Shown: positions 13,792 through 25,937, counted from the stretch's first letter. The stretch is 64,000 bases of DNA from Paraspadella gotoi (GCA_051294375.1 CM119267.1:11361865-11425864); one strand, 5' to 3'. The notes: generated by a model from the sequence alone, not told the origin. Made by a program: numbers and translations.

Positions 13792-14387
13792 ATGGGCGCC
13801 GCTACGATTGAGCGCCAAGTTATTTCAGTGCCATCTTTAGGTGGACGGGTCAGGTGTTTTGATTGATTGGATGGTTGGTTTGTTATTCGATGGTTTGATG
13901 GTTGGTTTGTTGGTTAAGTAATTTGGATTTAATTTTCATTCTTTATTATTGCTTTCACGCTTTTCTTATTTGACTACTTTTTCAATCTTCTATTTTACAC
14001 GCAAAGTTAATTTACTTTTTAGGTTCTCTCATCTTAGATTTCTGTTATTTTAAAATAAATCAATAAAAACTTTCAACTGGTGAGTCACCAGTCACCACAA
14101 AAGTTCCCCATTCGAACTTTTAACTTTAGTAGATGTTAAACTTTTATAAACGAAATCTTTACGATGTAAATTCGATCATAGGGATTAGAAAAAAATTATG
14201 TATCGAAACAAATGGCTTTTTCAGCGGGAGAAGAACAAGACGTTAGACAAAGGTAGCCTTTATTTTAACTATGTTAATGTATTATCCAAGAATTTTTACT
14301 ATACTACTTTGTCAAGGCCATATAATTTATGTTGCTAAGTATGTTTCATGACAACGACAACGGCGGCGACGACATTGTCTGATTTCA

Positions 14388-14425
<38 letters not shown>

Positions 14426-17400
14426 AGGTCCAGCAATAAAGGCAACCTCGCGGACTCATCGACAACGAATCGCTCGGTCGGAATGCGTCCACAACAAGAA
14501 CCCCATCGCCATCATCTTCCGTCTCGCTGACTTCGTCCTTTTCGTCTACTGCTTCTTCAAGATCAAAAACTTGCAGTGGGATCACTTTGCCGGTTGGTCG
14601 TTTGACGCTTGCATGGTTACTTTTTTTGGTATCAGTCGCTACTGACGGATATGTGCCATCGTTGTTTGGTCTCATTCTTGCTGGTTGGCTGTTCAATGAA
14701 ATTGGTACAACCTATATAAATTTTTAAGTTGTGAACAACTTGTGCGCTTCATATTATTTACTCGGTTGTGTCAATAGGGTTTTCGTTCTAATGGTAAAAC
14801 TTACTAGGGTTAGTATAAAAGAGTCTGTGGAAAAATTCCGGCCACCGTCGTCGTTGCTCAATAATTGATTGATAATTTTTTTTCCGGAGGGCGGGGTTAA
14901 GCTTGTGTAAAGATGTCGACTTTGTTTAAACTTTTCTCTCAAACAGTTGGCCCACCTTTTTTCAATGTCCTCGTCGAAGTTACGAAAAATGTTCCGGCGA
15001 GAAATATAAATCAGAGGTAAGTATATTGTCTTTGAGATTTTTAAACTTTAATAATATGCTTTTATCCATTTTATCGCGATTCGTCTCATTTTCATTAAAG
15101 TTGACTTATGTAAAAATGACGGGGACTTTTCATTATGTATGAGTGGGCAATTGGGCATGACATAAATATTTAACCCCCCCCCGCTGCCAAAATTCACAGC
15201 GTCATCGTTCACCCTACCCTACAAATTCCGTCCTATGACACCAACATCGACTTTGCTACGGGTGTCCCCATTTGGTTCTGGTGCATTCAGATAACGGGCC
15301 TGATCCGACTCATGCTCAGTTGCTTCGTCTCCAGCGCCAACATGGACCTCCTGGGTCCGGGCCTTCGTCACAATTTGCCGCAGTTGGCCCGAACGATGTG
15401 GCTGAACCTCTTGGGCATCCTCCCTTTGCAGATCTTCTGTCTCCACTCGTACAGGGACTCTTTTCTTCTCCTGGCCATGCTGCTGGCCCTCTCTAAGCTA
15501 TACTTCTTTCACAATGATCTCTTCTGGTTGAAGCTGGTCGTGCCCGGGCCTCTCTACGACGCCTTCTTCATTATCTTCGCCGGCGCCGTGGCGGAAATCA
15601 TCTTGGTACTGGTTTGGATCAAACTGCCGGAGGTGAGTTGCGGCGACGAATTCAACCTGCAACACATGGGATGCATGGACCGTGACTGCCATCTACTGAC
15701 AACGGAATTCATGACGCCATGTCTTAACGAGACGTGGATGATCAAGCTGAACCATTCCCTCCCGCTGGTGACGACGCCGGCCACGATGCGAGACACAAAC
15801 GGCGAAAACTTCTTGGCCGTCAAGCTAGTCAACTACCTCTCCGGTTTGGACCAGCTCAACCGCGTCGCCCAGTACTACGTGTTTAAAGTGGCGCGTCGAT
15901 TCGCCGGAGGAGTTTTGTCGCCGATCGGGACGACCGAAGTTCTCTTCTCGATCCTCGTCCTCGCCTTCGGACTCGTTTGGTACAAGTGGAAGTTCTTCGG
16001 CCACATCAACACGCTGGTCGTTTCGCGGGAGGCGAAGCGGATCGAGTACGAGGATCAAATGTCCATCGTCGCTTCGTTTCAAGTAACGCACGAGCTGGAC
16101 GCCGCTTCGAAGAAGAACATCGCCGATCACTGCGAGATCAACCGCGTGAGGGTGTTGAGCATGAAGAGAAAGCCGGGGGAAGAGTGGACCTACGAGACTT
16201 TTCGGCAGTCGCTGCGGGGGATCGATCTCTTGTCGACTTACACGTTCAGGTAACTGACGGCCGGCTGTGGGATTTAATTTATTTGTATTTTTTAAAATTC
16301 AATAAATAAGTTTTTTCAGAAAAAAAATTTAATTCATACTATTCATGAGATCACTCTTATAATACTTATTACACTCCCTGCGATCTCAAAAAATTTTATG
16401 GGGCTTAAGTTGAAAAATACTCCAACCGTCTCACAAACGATGCATACTCAAACTTTCCCGACCCTTACCCGTTCCAGACGCGTACTCCCGAAAGCTTATA
16501 AAGACGCCATCGTGAACGAAGTGATCCGCCCGGCCGTGGCCATCGAGTTGAGGGTGTTCCGCGACATCAACTACGAAGTTCAGCTCGCGCTCTCCTACCA
16601 GTTCGAAGAGATACACTACGTCAAGGGCGACACGGTCTGGAACTACTCTGAGGACGCTCCCGGCATCTTATACCTCCGCAAGGGCATAATGATCGCCGTC
16701 TCTCCGGATTACGAAAACGGCGGACTCGTCAAACTCGGCCCGGGAGATTATTTCGGCGAACTGAGCATCGTCTACAGGTATTTTTTCTCTCTCTTTGTTT
16801 TGTAATGTTGTTCTACAGTTTTGAAAGATTTGTTTTGTTTTTTTAAAAAGAGTCGTTTTTACTGTGATCAACGCTTGACCGAGCTCTGAATTGCTTATCC
16901 TTAATTTTTTTTCAATTTGAGATTTAAAATTTAGAGAAAAAGTGTTTTTGAATTTGTTACAACAATTTATTTTAAGAGACAGACATGTCCGTCTATTAAA
17001 ATAAATTGTTGTAACAAATTCAAAAACACTTTGTTTTCTCTAAATATTAAACAACAACGAAAAGAAAGGATTATCACATGTAACAGATTTAAAATTTAAA
17101 AATATATTACATTTTCTTTTTTTTTGTTTTTTTTTGCCCCAGATATGTATCTCCCACCATCGTATTGGCCGTGACGAATTGCGAAGCTTGGATTCTCACC
17201 AAGAAAGACTTTAGGAAGTTCCTCAAGATTTTGCCGGCGGAAATTCGCCGACAGTTGCGCAAAAACCAACTGGACATTTTCACCGACGTCTTCTGCCGAT
17301 ACCACGTCAACATGAAGGTCATTCCGCTGATGAGTGAAAAAGACGAGAAATTGGCGACCGAGTTGGACGAGAACTACGTCTCAGTCTTTCCCAGCGAAAA

Positions 17401-20400
17401 TTATGATCTTCGACTCGACGCGGAACGGGCAAGTTAAATGTTTATTTAAAAAAATAATTTTGTATACATTTGACTAAAGGAAACTCTCTCTCTCTCATTT
17501 AATTATCACATTCCTTTTCACCTTTTCTTCTCGCTCTTCTCTCTCTTTATGCAACAGTCTTCTTTTCTCAAATTATTTTTTTAAAAAACAGGAAATAAGG
17601 AGAAGACAGATTATTTAAGGTTTAAGGTGTAAAGCAAAAATAAGAAGGTTATCTCAAAACAATTTAGTATCATTCAACTTTCAGCATGACAGTTGGTTGG
17701 ACTGGTTGATGACCCAACTACACGACGAGCAAAAGTTTTTTCAACTATGGACTCTTTCAGCTGGGGTCATTGGTGTTATTGCGTTCACACTGACGTTGAT
17801 AGATACAAGAGCTTATGACATCTCGGACGTTTTTTTTCCCGCCAATCCATACGCGCTTTTCACAATTTTCAAGAAGAATCTTCCCCTTGGAATAATCGGC
17901 ATAGTTATGTTCGTAATGTCGGTATTTTTTTTGGTCGATTTTATAATTTGCATGATCGTTGCGGTAAATACACCTTATGGTCTCTTGTACGGTAAAAAAA
18001 ATCTGAGAAGAAAATTAGGTCCTTCGGACGGGCTGACCAACTACGTTAAGATTTTCAGCATCCCCTTCATTGGATTTCGAGTCTTGAGAATCAGAGATTT
18101 TTTCAACGACAATAGCAACAATAAAATGCAGATTGCTTTTTTCGTAACATTACTAACTTGTACGATATATTTGTTGTGTCATTACTGTGTGAGATTTACC
18201 GACCATTTGCTGAGGCAATCTTGGACCACCTCTCATCACTTTTGCAAAACATTTTGGAGGACGGAATGGAAAAACAGTAGCCATTTATTCACCCTTATGA
18301 ACAAGACTATTCAAAATGTTACTTTTCCAATTTTTAATAATACGTTACTCGATAACTCCACCAAGCCCAATTTAACATTGATCATTTTTAATTCGAGTTC
18401 CCCCGACTGGTATCTTCAACCATGCTGGAACAGCACAAAAAATAATTCGGTAAAATGTAATTATTTGAGTTTTTTAAAAAGAAACGTTGAACTTTCGTTC
18501 GAGTTTGGAAAAATATGCGCAAATAAAGATATGTATGACTCCGAGACTAAGAATTTCTATCAATATTATTGTCAAACGTTGCTAACTTTTATGACCGTAG
18601 CGATACGCCAAGGAGGATATTTTATCGCCTATTTCGCCGAGGACACTAGAAGGGCTGCGCCCCTGCTTATTTCTGTCCTCACCTGTCTCTTTGTGCGGGC
18701 CTTTATCGAAGCCTTGTTCATCATGATGTTTACGATCAAATTTAGCAAAGTGATGCAGTTTTATCGGCGGATCGATTCGTTGGAGCATCTCTTGAAGCGT
18801 CGCGGGTCTCTGAGAAAGCACCGAACCGATCTGCTCAATTTTATGATCACGTCCCACGCCGAGGTCAATCGGATAAGTCAACCATGGGAGGCGCCGTTGC
18901 TTTATTCAGTTCCCGGAAGCCTGAGAATCAACGCGAAAAAGAGGCAGTTGTTCTTTGATCAAACAGTCTTCATGAAGGACAGAATCGAAGTGATTACGAG
19001 CATCATTCTCTCGGCCAAAGAGTATTTCTATCCACCGGGAAATTTAATTACCCACGTTGGGGATTTCATCCCCAGATTTTTCCTCATTTCCAACGGATAT
19101 GTTTTTCAGATCGACGAGTTGGGAAACGTGAGTAAGCGAGGTCCCGGTTTTATCTTCGGGACGATTAGCATGTGGACCGGGCGACAATTCGTTACCACAA
19201 TATCCCTGACCTATGTGCACTTATATGTGGTAGACAAGGAAAGCTTTCTAGAAGCTTTGGGGGAAAATGATTATCGGAAACGGCAATTGCTTTTTCACTA
19301 TTCCTCTTCGATGACAGAGGTTTTATGGGTTCACAGAAGACTTCACAAAATTATTCAAGATTTCGATTTCGCTGACGTGAAAGCGGAAGAAATCATGAAA
19401 AAACATAGATTCACCAATACTCCGGTTGATTGTTACCAACGAAAAGAAAAAGGCTTGAGAAGTAATTGCTTCTCTAAAGTATTTATGTTGAATAATGTAT
19501 ACAGTCCGCATTCGTGGTACGGAATTATCGTTTGGCACGTTCGGATACAAGTGTTATACTTCTCAGTGATAACTACGATCATTCAAATAACAACCTTCAG
19601 GATAACTGGTGGTTTTTCTGTTACTAATTGCGTTTTTGATGTGTTTTTGACAGTCGAGGCGTTTTTCAGAATGAATCAAGGTTATTATAATGAAAAAGGA
19701 ATATGTGTTATGGATGCCCTTCTATGTGCAACACATTGGTGGAAAAAATATGCATTTTTGGACATTATAACGTTATTTCCATTCCACGCTTTTCTTTTTG
19801 CTCTTCCGAGAATTGGATATTTTATAGGGCTTTCACTGCGTTTATTGAGAATAATTCCACTGTATTTATTAATAGAGTGCTGTAAAAAAGCTTATCCTAA
19901 ACATATCATTATAGTGGCTATGCTAGAGACTATATATAGCGTATTCCTTCTGATGAATTTGGTTTTAATGTGTAAGTATAACTTTATAAGGAAAACCGAA
20001 AAAAAAACTTAAAATTGTAATTCATAATTAACTTATGAAAAAGTAATTACAAGTAGAAAGCCTTATTTAAAATTAACTTTTCTATTGACAATTTTATGGC
20101 ACTATTTCCCGAAAGCGCTTCATTTCTGTTCCTTAATCTTTAAGGTTTATAATAAACTTATATCTTACCTTAATTTTTTACTAAATTTATAATCTATCCC
20201 TAACTAAATCATTAACCGTAATCCCGAGTGATAATCTTTAAGTCACCAACCTCATCCCTCATCCTATTTCTACCCTAATATATAAACCTAATTCTAAACC
20301 TAATCTTTAAACCTTGAAAGTATTTAATTCTAAATTTAAGCTGAAATAGGGCGCTTTTTGAAAATAGGGTCAATTTGATAATATATTTTCTTCTTAAATT

Positions 20401-23400
20401 CATGAATAAAGGTTTTATGGTTATATTATTCTCAGTATAAGTAGCCATAGCNNNNNNNNNNTTTTATTGTAAAATATTTTTTTTATACATATATAAATAA
20501 TATATAGTACTACCTTTCTCAGATTGAATAAAAAAGTTTATTTTTAAAATTATAATTATATTTATATAAATATTTTTATATATTATATAATAATATAAAC
20601 AATTTAAAAATTTATTTTTCTAGCATTTGGGACTCACAAGCAACACTGTGCGACGATTTTTGTTTTTAATGAGACTTTTTTTAAATTTTGCATTGTATAG
20701 AGAAAACGCTTTTGAGTTAAGCCCGCGCTTTACCTGATTTGAATAGTAACATCAATACAGTGTCTGTCAATTGTGTTCAAAATTGAAAAAAATGAAGGCT
20801 TGACTATACAGTTTTCACCTAAAAAACCAGTTCATTTGATTGCTTTATCAAGCAATTAAGATTGCAAGAATTTTAATTTTGCTTTTTTTCATCATGTAGA
20901 GAAGACAATAAGGTTTCGGAAACTGTACTAATATGTATGATTTGGTCTTTTTTACTTGGAATAGGGAAAAAACGACCTGACCAGTCTATTTAAATACCAT
21001 TTTTGGGCATGATAAAATGGGAATTTCGATCGCGCTCTACCTCTATTGGCTTCCCAAGACGCCAAGCTTTCGAAATCTGCCCATATTGATATAATTTTTT
21101 TGGGCCGTGACTATGCAGTTTTGAATAGAAGTGAAATATAAAGGAATCTTGATCGGAGCTTCGATTCTAACGATGCTCATCTCTAATTATTCTCAGTATA
21201 AGGTGATCGTACGTTTTTTGGTAACTTTCATGTTTCGGCCGCATTTCACTTTGCGGTAGTTTTCCTTGTAAAGTTTCAAGTTTTGTCGTCTGCGATCAAA
21301 CGGCGATCAAAACATCAAATGGAACTTTCGTCAAGTGCACGAATCCCGATTGGCCAATGCGCTGGTACGACTCCCGGTTGCTCAATGCGACTTTTGATTC
21401 TTTTTCCGCACAACTCCAACGCGACCAGATGAGCCTCTTCCAGCAGCGAGAGTTACATTGTCATCGACCGTCAATGAGAGACGGAGAATTTTGCGAGAAA
21501 TTCCAGGAAGCCATGGAGAGATACTTCGTCTCCTCCTACAAGCATCCCGAGCTGGGCGAGGCCAATCCGCTTATTTGGATTCAAACAGAATACGTGGAAA
21601 TCAGCACCTATTACATCATCGCTCTCTACTGGGCCGGACAGTTTATTGGAAAAAATTTTATCGTCAATATGGCGACGTTGAATTTCGGGGAAATCATCCA
21701 GCATTTGATTTGGACAGGGTTGTTTTACCTCATCTACCAACTAGTGCTTTCGGAATACATCGCGGCCAACATCAACTATGATCTCTATGAGGCGGAAATG
21801 TTCCTCAAGATAGTCGCTCTCCACGAATACTTTAAAAAGTCGGCATTGAGAAAGCTGTTGTCCAAGGAAGACGTGGGAACGCTCAACGCCCGCGCGAGGC
21901 AGTACGAGGAAATGACGTTCGCGTCGAGAAATTACATACTGGAAAAAGAGGTGGCAACTCTGCCGAAGCTCAAGATCATGAATATCCGCTACAAAGCCGC
22001 TGAGGATGCATTTTTTCAGATGGCTCTTGATCGGAGGCTGACGTTGGCGCAGATGAAACTCTTGGCTTCTCGACTCAAACTCATCCACGTGCCCAGGGGC
22101 GAATACATCCTAAGGACTCACGACGTCGTCTCCTCCATCATAATAATCAGAGATGGGATCTTCACCATGCTCGACGAGGCAGATCTTCAACCGCCGCGGA
22201 AATCTACCAAATCAAAATCTAGAAAATCAACTAAATCCGCGAAATCTCGGAAATCCGCCGGCGCCTCCGGCCTCAACGTCAACCGGGATCACATGAAAAC
22301 TCACAAGTTGGCCGGCAAAGAGATCGAGGTGGCCGAGGACGAGTTGACCATCGGAGATTGCGTCGGTCTCAGAGGCTTAGACAGGACGTTTGACATCGGC
22401 GTCTGCAGCCTGGTAGCCAAAGTTCCTTCGACGATCTTTGTGCTGGACTCTGAAGACATGGAGATCTTGACGGGCAACTTCGGGATCGAGGTGGACACCA
22501 TCAAGGCCGTCATTCAGTCCTGCGTCGATTATTCCATCTACAAGATCAACAGATTTTATCGTCGAGCGCGAATCCTGAGGAGATATTCGAGAAGAATCAA
22601 GAAGGATGATAGGGAAAAAGAAAAGGAGAAGCTGAGGAAGAAGCAGGAATCATTTTGGAAGCGCCGCATGGAAAAGTTCAAGAATGATCGCATGATCTTC
22701 CACCCCGGAGAGACGGGCGTCAACATCTTTTTTATCATCACGAGCACTTTCAAGATCATCACCATCCTTTTCGTGATTGTCTACGCTGCCTTTCTCGGTC
22801 TCGACAAAGACAACACCGTCCCGGCCTGGCTCTTCGCCGTCCTCATCATCGTCTTTACCATCGTCGTCATTATCGAGATCTGCTTCAAGCTTCACGTCGG
22901 CTTCATCGAGAAGGACACAGGCAAAATTATCCTTTATCCTCTGGTGGTTTACAACAATTACAAACGGACAAGAACGGAGCTGCTTCTCGACGGGATTTCG
23001 CTGATGCCGATTTGGGTGGTATACTTTGGACTGTGCAAGTGGCCGGACTTGGAGGTGGAGAGAATGGGGTTGGCGACCTTCTTGGTGCGCCTGGTGATGC
23101 TGCTGCCGCTGACGCCGCTCTTCATTCAGATCCATCGAGCGCTGTACTATTTCAACTGGCCTTCCCAGGCCCGACCATACAATTTTCATGTCACAAAGTT
23201 TAAGTACGTGACTCGTGCCTTTCACACCATAATCTTTTTGGTCAGCATAGCCACGGTGCTGTGGATGCAAGTTGGGTGCCCCAACGGTACCTTGTCCCCT
23301 GCCCGTTGCTCAAAGAACGGGTGGATCTACGTGGCATGGCACGTGCGGGGCAGGATGCGAACGTCGACCGCCCTCTTGTTGCACGCTTGGTCCTTCACGG

Positions 23401-23878
23401 CGTCGCTCGGTGCCGGCGGTTATTACGAGGATATTGTACCTCACAATCTGTGGGAAATGATTGTCGTCGTTATTTTGATGATTGGATTTACGCTTATAAC
23501 GGCCAAAATTCAGGTGAGAAAGTGATCATAGTGTGAAAGTGTTTCATAGTGTAACAATGAACCTTTAAAATCTATCATGAAGCTTATGATCGTTTTTCAT
23601 CTAAACTCAAGGAGTAATAATAAAAAACTCTATTTGTGAAAAAAAAGGGAACAAACTCAAATTTATTTTTCATTTATTGTCTCAAGGCCGACGTGGTGAC
23701 CTCAATGTACGCGTTCATCGCCCAGGAGCAGGACAAGGAAGAAGAGGAGTCGCAAGTAGCCTCCCACATGGAGACTCTTAAGCTGAACAAGTCGCTTGCC
23801 AACAGAATCCAGGGTTACTTGAAGGTTTGATTGTGAAAATGTGCTTGTTTGCTTTCTTGGTTTCTTGGTTTTTTGGTT

Positions 23879-23963
<85 letters not shown>

Positions 23964-25718
23964 AACCCATTTTCCTTCTTTTCTCCTCAACCCCAAGGTT
24001 CACTACGCGACGGGGGAAGACTCTCCTTTCCAAGAGATTTTCTCCGACCTTCACACCTGCCTTCGCCAAGATTGTCAGCACGCCATCGCCGGCGACTTTC
24101 TCTCCAAGATTCGTCCGTTGGGTCAACTTCCGATTGGAGTGCGACGCTACTTGTCCACCTTCGTCCGGGAACGCCTCTTCATCTCCGGGGACGAGATCAT
24201 CCAGCGCGGGCAGGTAAGTTTCGGGGGAGTTGGGTCGTTTTCGAAGGTTAAATCTTTGAAGACGCTAAGATTGGAAGTCTTGAGTTGAATGAAAAATGTC
24301 GTTTTGACGAAATTTACATGATGTAAGTTGTGTATAAGTTTAAAAGGTAAATTGTTTTTTTTTTCACTTTTAGCATTTTTTAAAAACAGAAAATTTTTTT
24401 CGGGCAGTTTGACCGTCCTGTTTGTATTCAAATTCTAGCTAAAATTTAACAATAAATTTTCCAATATGTTGCGCCGCAGTGACTTTGTTTTAACTTGTAT
24501 TGCCCTTTGATCAAATGATATGACATGACATGGCATGACATGACTAAAGAACTTTCTTTGCCTGTGTGTTTATGACATTCACTGCATCAAAATTCCGTTT
24601 TTTTCAGTCCCTTAGATTTGAGATTTTTTCTGTCTTATCGAATGAGCAACCAACTATAGGTAAATTATATGCATTTTTATCATAAGTGGGAGAGAACGAC
24701 AGAGAGACATACCGATGGACCGACCGACAGACGGACGACAGACGGACCGACAGAACGACCGAAAAGAGACTTTTAGAGTTGCTCCGCCAGTATTCGTGGC
24801 GCAACTAATAAAATTCACCTTTGTAAACGAAAAAATTTAACTTTAAATTTAAATTTAATTATAAGTAATATAATTTTATTAAAACAATTGACATTGAGAA
24901 GGTAAATCTGCACAAATGACTTGCTAATTTACTTCCTTCCCTAGGTTCTCGACGCCTTTTACTACGTCACTTCCGGTCAAGCCTTGCTCGGTATCGGCGC
25001 CGGCAAGAACTTCCGTACTTTCCGGGTGAGACCCGGCGAAGTGGTGAACCCCGTGCCGGATATCCGACTCGGCCGCGCCTCCTTCGACTGCCTTGCGTTG
25101 GTCAACACGACCATCTTCCTCATCGACATGGCTGACATCAGCCGGGTCCTGCTGGGGCTGCTGGCGCTGGAGACGTGGACGCCGGCGGAGAATCGATCCC
25201 GCTCCGTCGCTCACGACCACGACGACGATGAAAACGAGAGCGCGTTCGCGGATCCGGAGGAAGAGAGGATCCTCGTCGTCAGGGAGGAAGAGGAGGATGA
25301 AGAGGAGGAGGAGGAAGAAGATGATGAGGTCGACAAGAAACCGGAAACGAAAAACAAAAGAAAATTGAGAAAGTTGGGAAGGAAAAAGAGGACGGGCATC
25401 AAGAGGAGAGTTGGAAAAAACTTTAACGCGAAAAGCGACGAGGGGAAGATCGAAGATCCGAACGAAAACAACAACAACAAAAGCGCCGCTTCCTCTGCCA
25501 AAGATGACTCCTCTTCTTCCTCTTCCTCCTCCTCCTCCTCCTCATCCTCCAACGAATCGAACGCGACGAGAACCAACGCCAACTCGAACAGCCACGTAAA
25601 TAAGAACCGAGATTTTCGGGAAGGGGGTCGGGGTCAATGGTCATTGGTCGCGGTCGTGCGTGACGTCATTAATTACATTCTCATCCCCCCTCCCTCCGGG
25701 GGAGCTGGCAGAGTATAA
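13792..25718 (+). CDS. Four-repeat cyclic-nucleotide-binding-domain cation channel (CNGK/tetraKCNG-like architecture), highly divergent, ~2,520 aa
   Basis: Phase-compatible exon chain: 13792-13840 (tentative start), 14428-14592, 14947-15016, 15200-16249, 16478-16777, 17143-17428, 17685-19971, 21274-23513, 23687-23824, 23998-24213, 24945-25718. Total 7575 nt, a multiple of 3 with no internal stop. Four repeats each show an S1 lead-in (CVHNKNP / VFFPANP / VYSPHS / IFHPGE), an S3 motif (e.g. FLDIITLFPF, LLDGISLMP), pore/S6, C-linker and a CNBD (GDYFGELSI; FYPPGNLITHVGD...GFIFG; VPRGEYILR...GDCVG; FISGDEIIQRGQ...FYYVTSG). The first two exons, the AAG acceptor at 21274 (beyond an N-gap) and the 3' end are less certain. 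Confidence 0.85.
16923..17051. repeat. Near-perfect intronic palindrome (foldback/MITE-like), ~55-60-bp arms
   Basis: TTAGAGAAAAAGTGTTTTTGAATTTGTTACAACAATTTATTTTAA is mirrored by TTAAAATAAATTGTTGTAACAAATTCAAAAACACTTTGTTTTCTCTAA around a short spacer. Confidence 0.85.
20102..20367. mobile_element. MITE-like element with TIRs and internal degenerate (CCTAA-like) repeats, intronic
   Basis: The left end CTATTTCCCGAAAGCGCTTCATTTC resembles the reverse complement of the right end (CTATTTTCAAAAAGCGCCCTATTTC). The interior is rich in CCTAAT/CCTTAA/CCTCAT units. Confidence 0.5.
23877..23962. repeat. (TTTC)n microsatellite in channel intron
   Basis: Directly visible. Confidence 0.95.
24448..24812 (-). 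mobile_element. Non-autonomous Helentron-type element (HINE/DINE-1-like), family A
   Basis: On the minus strand: T-run, TAGTTGCGCC subterminal repeat with a hairpin, (GTCC/GTCT/GTCG)n microsatellite, then the inverted GCGGCGCAAC near the far end. Homologous in inverted orientation to 32305-32610. Confidence 0.6.
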
Positions 25719-25848
25719 CTATAATAAACGTAATTATTGTTACATTTTTGCGCTTTAATGACGCAATTTCGTTTCGCGCCGTTGATTGTTTTTTCCCCAG
25801 AGTTGCCCTTCATTAATTCCCTCCGCTATCGCCCAAAAAAAGCGCTCT

Positions 25849-25937
<89 letters not shown>

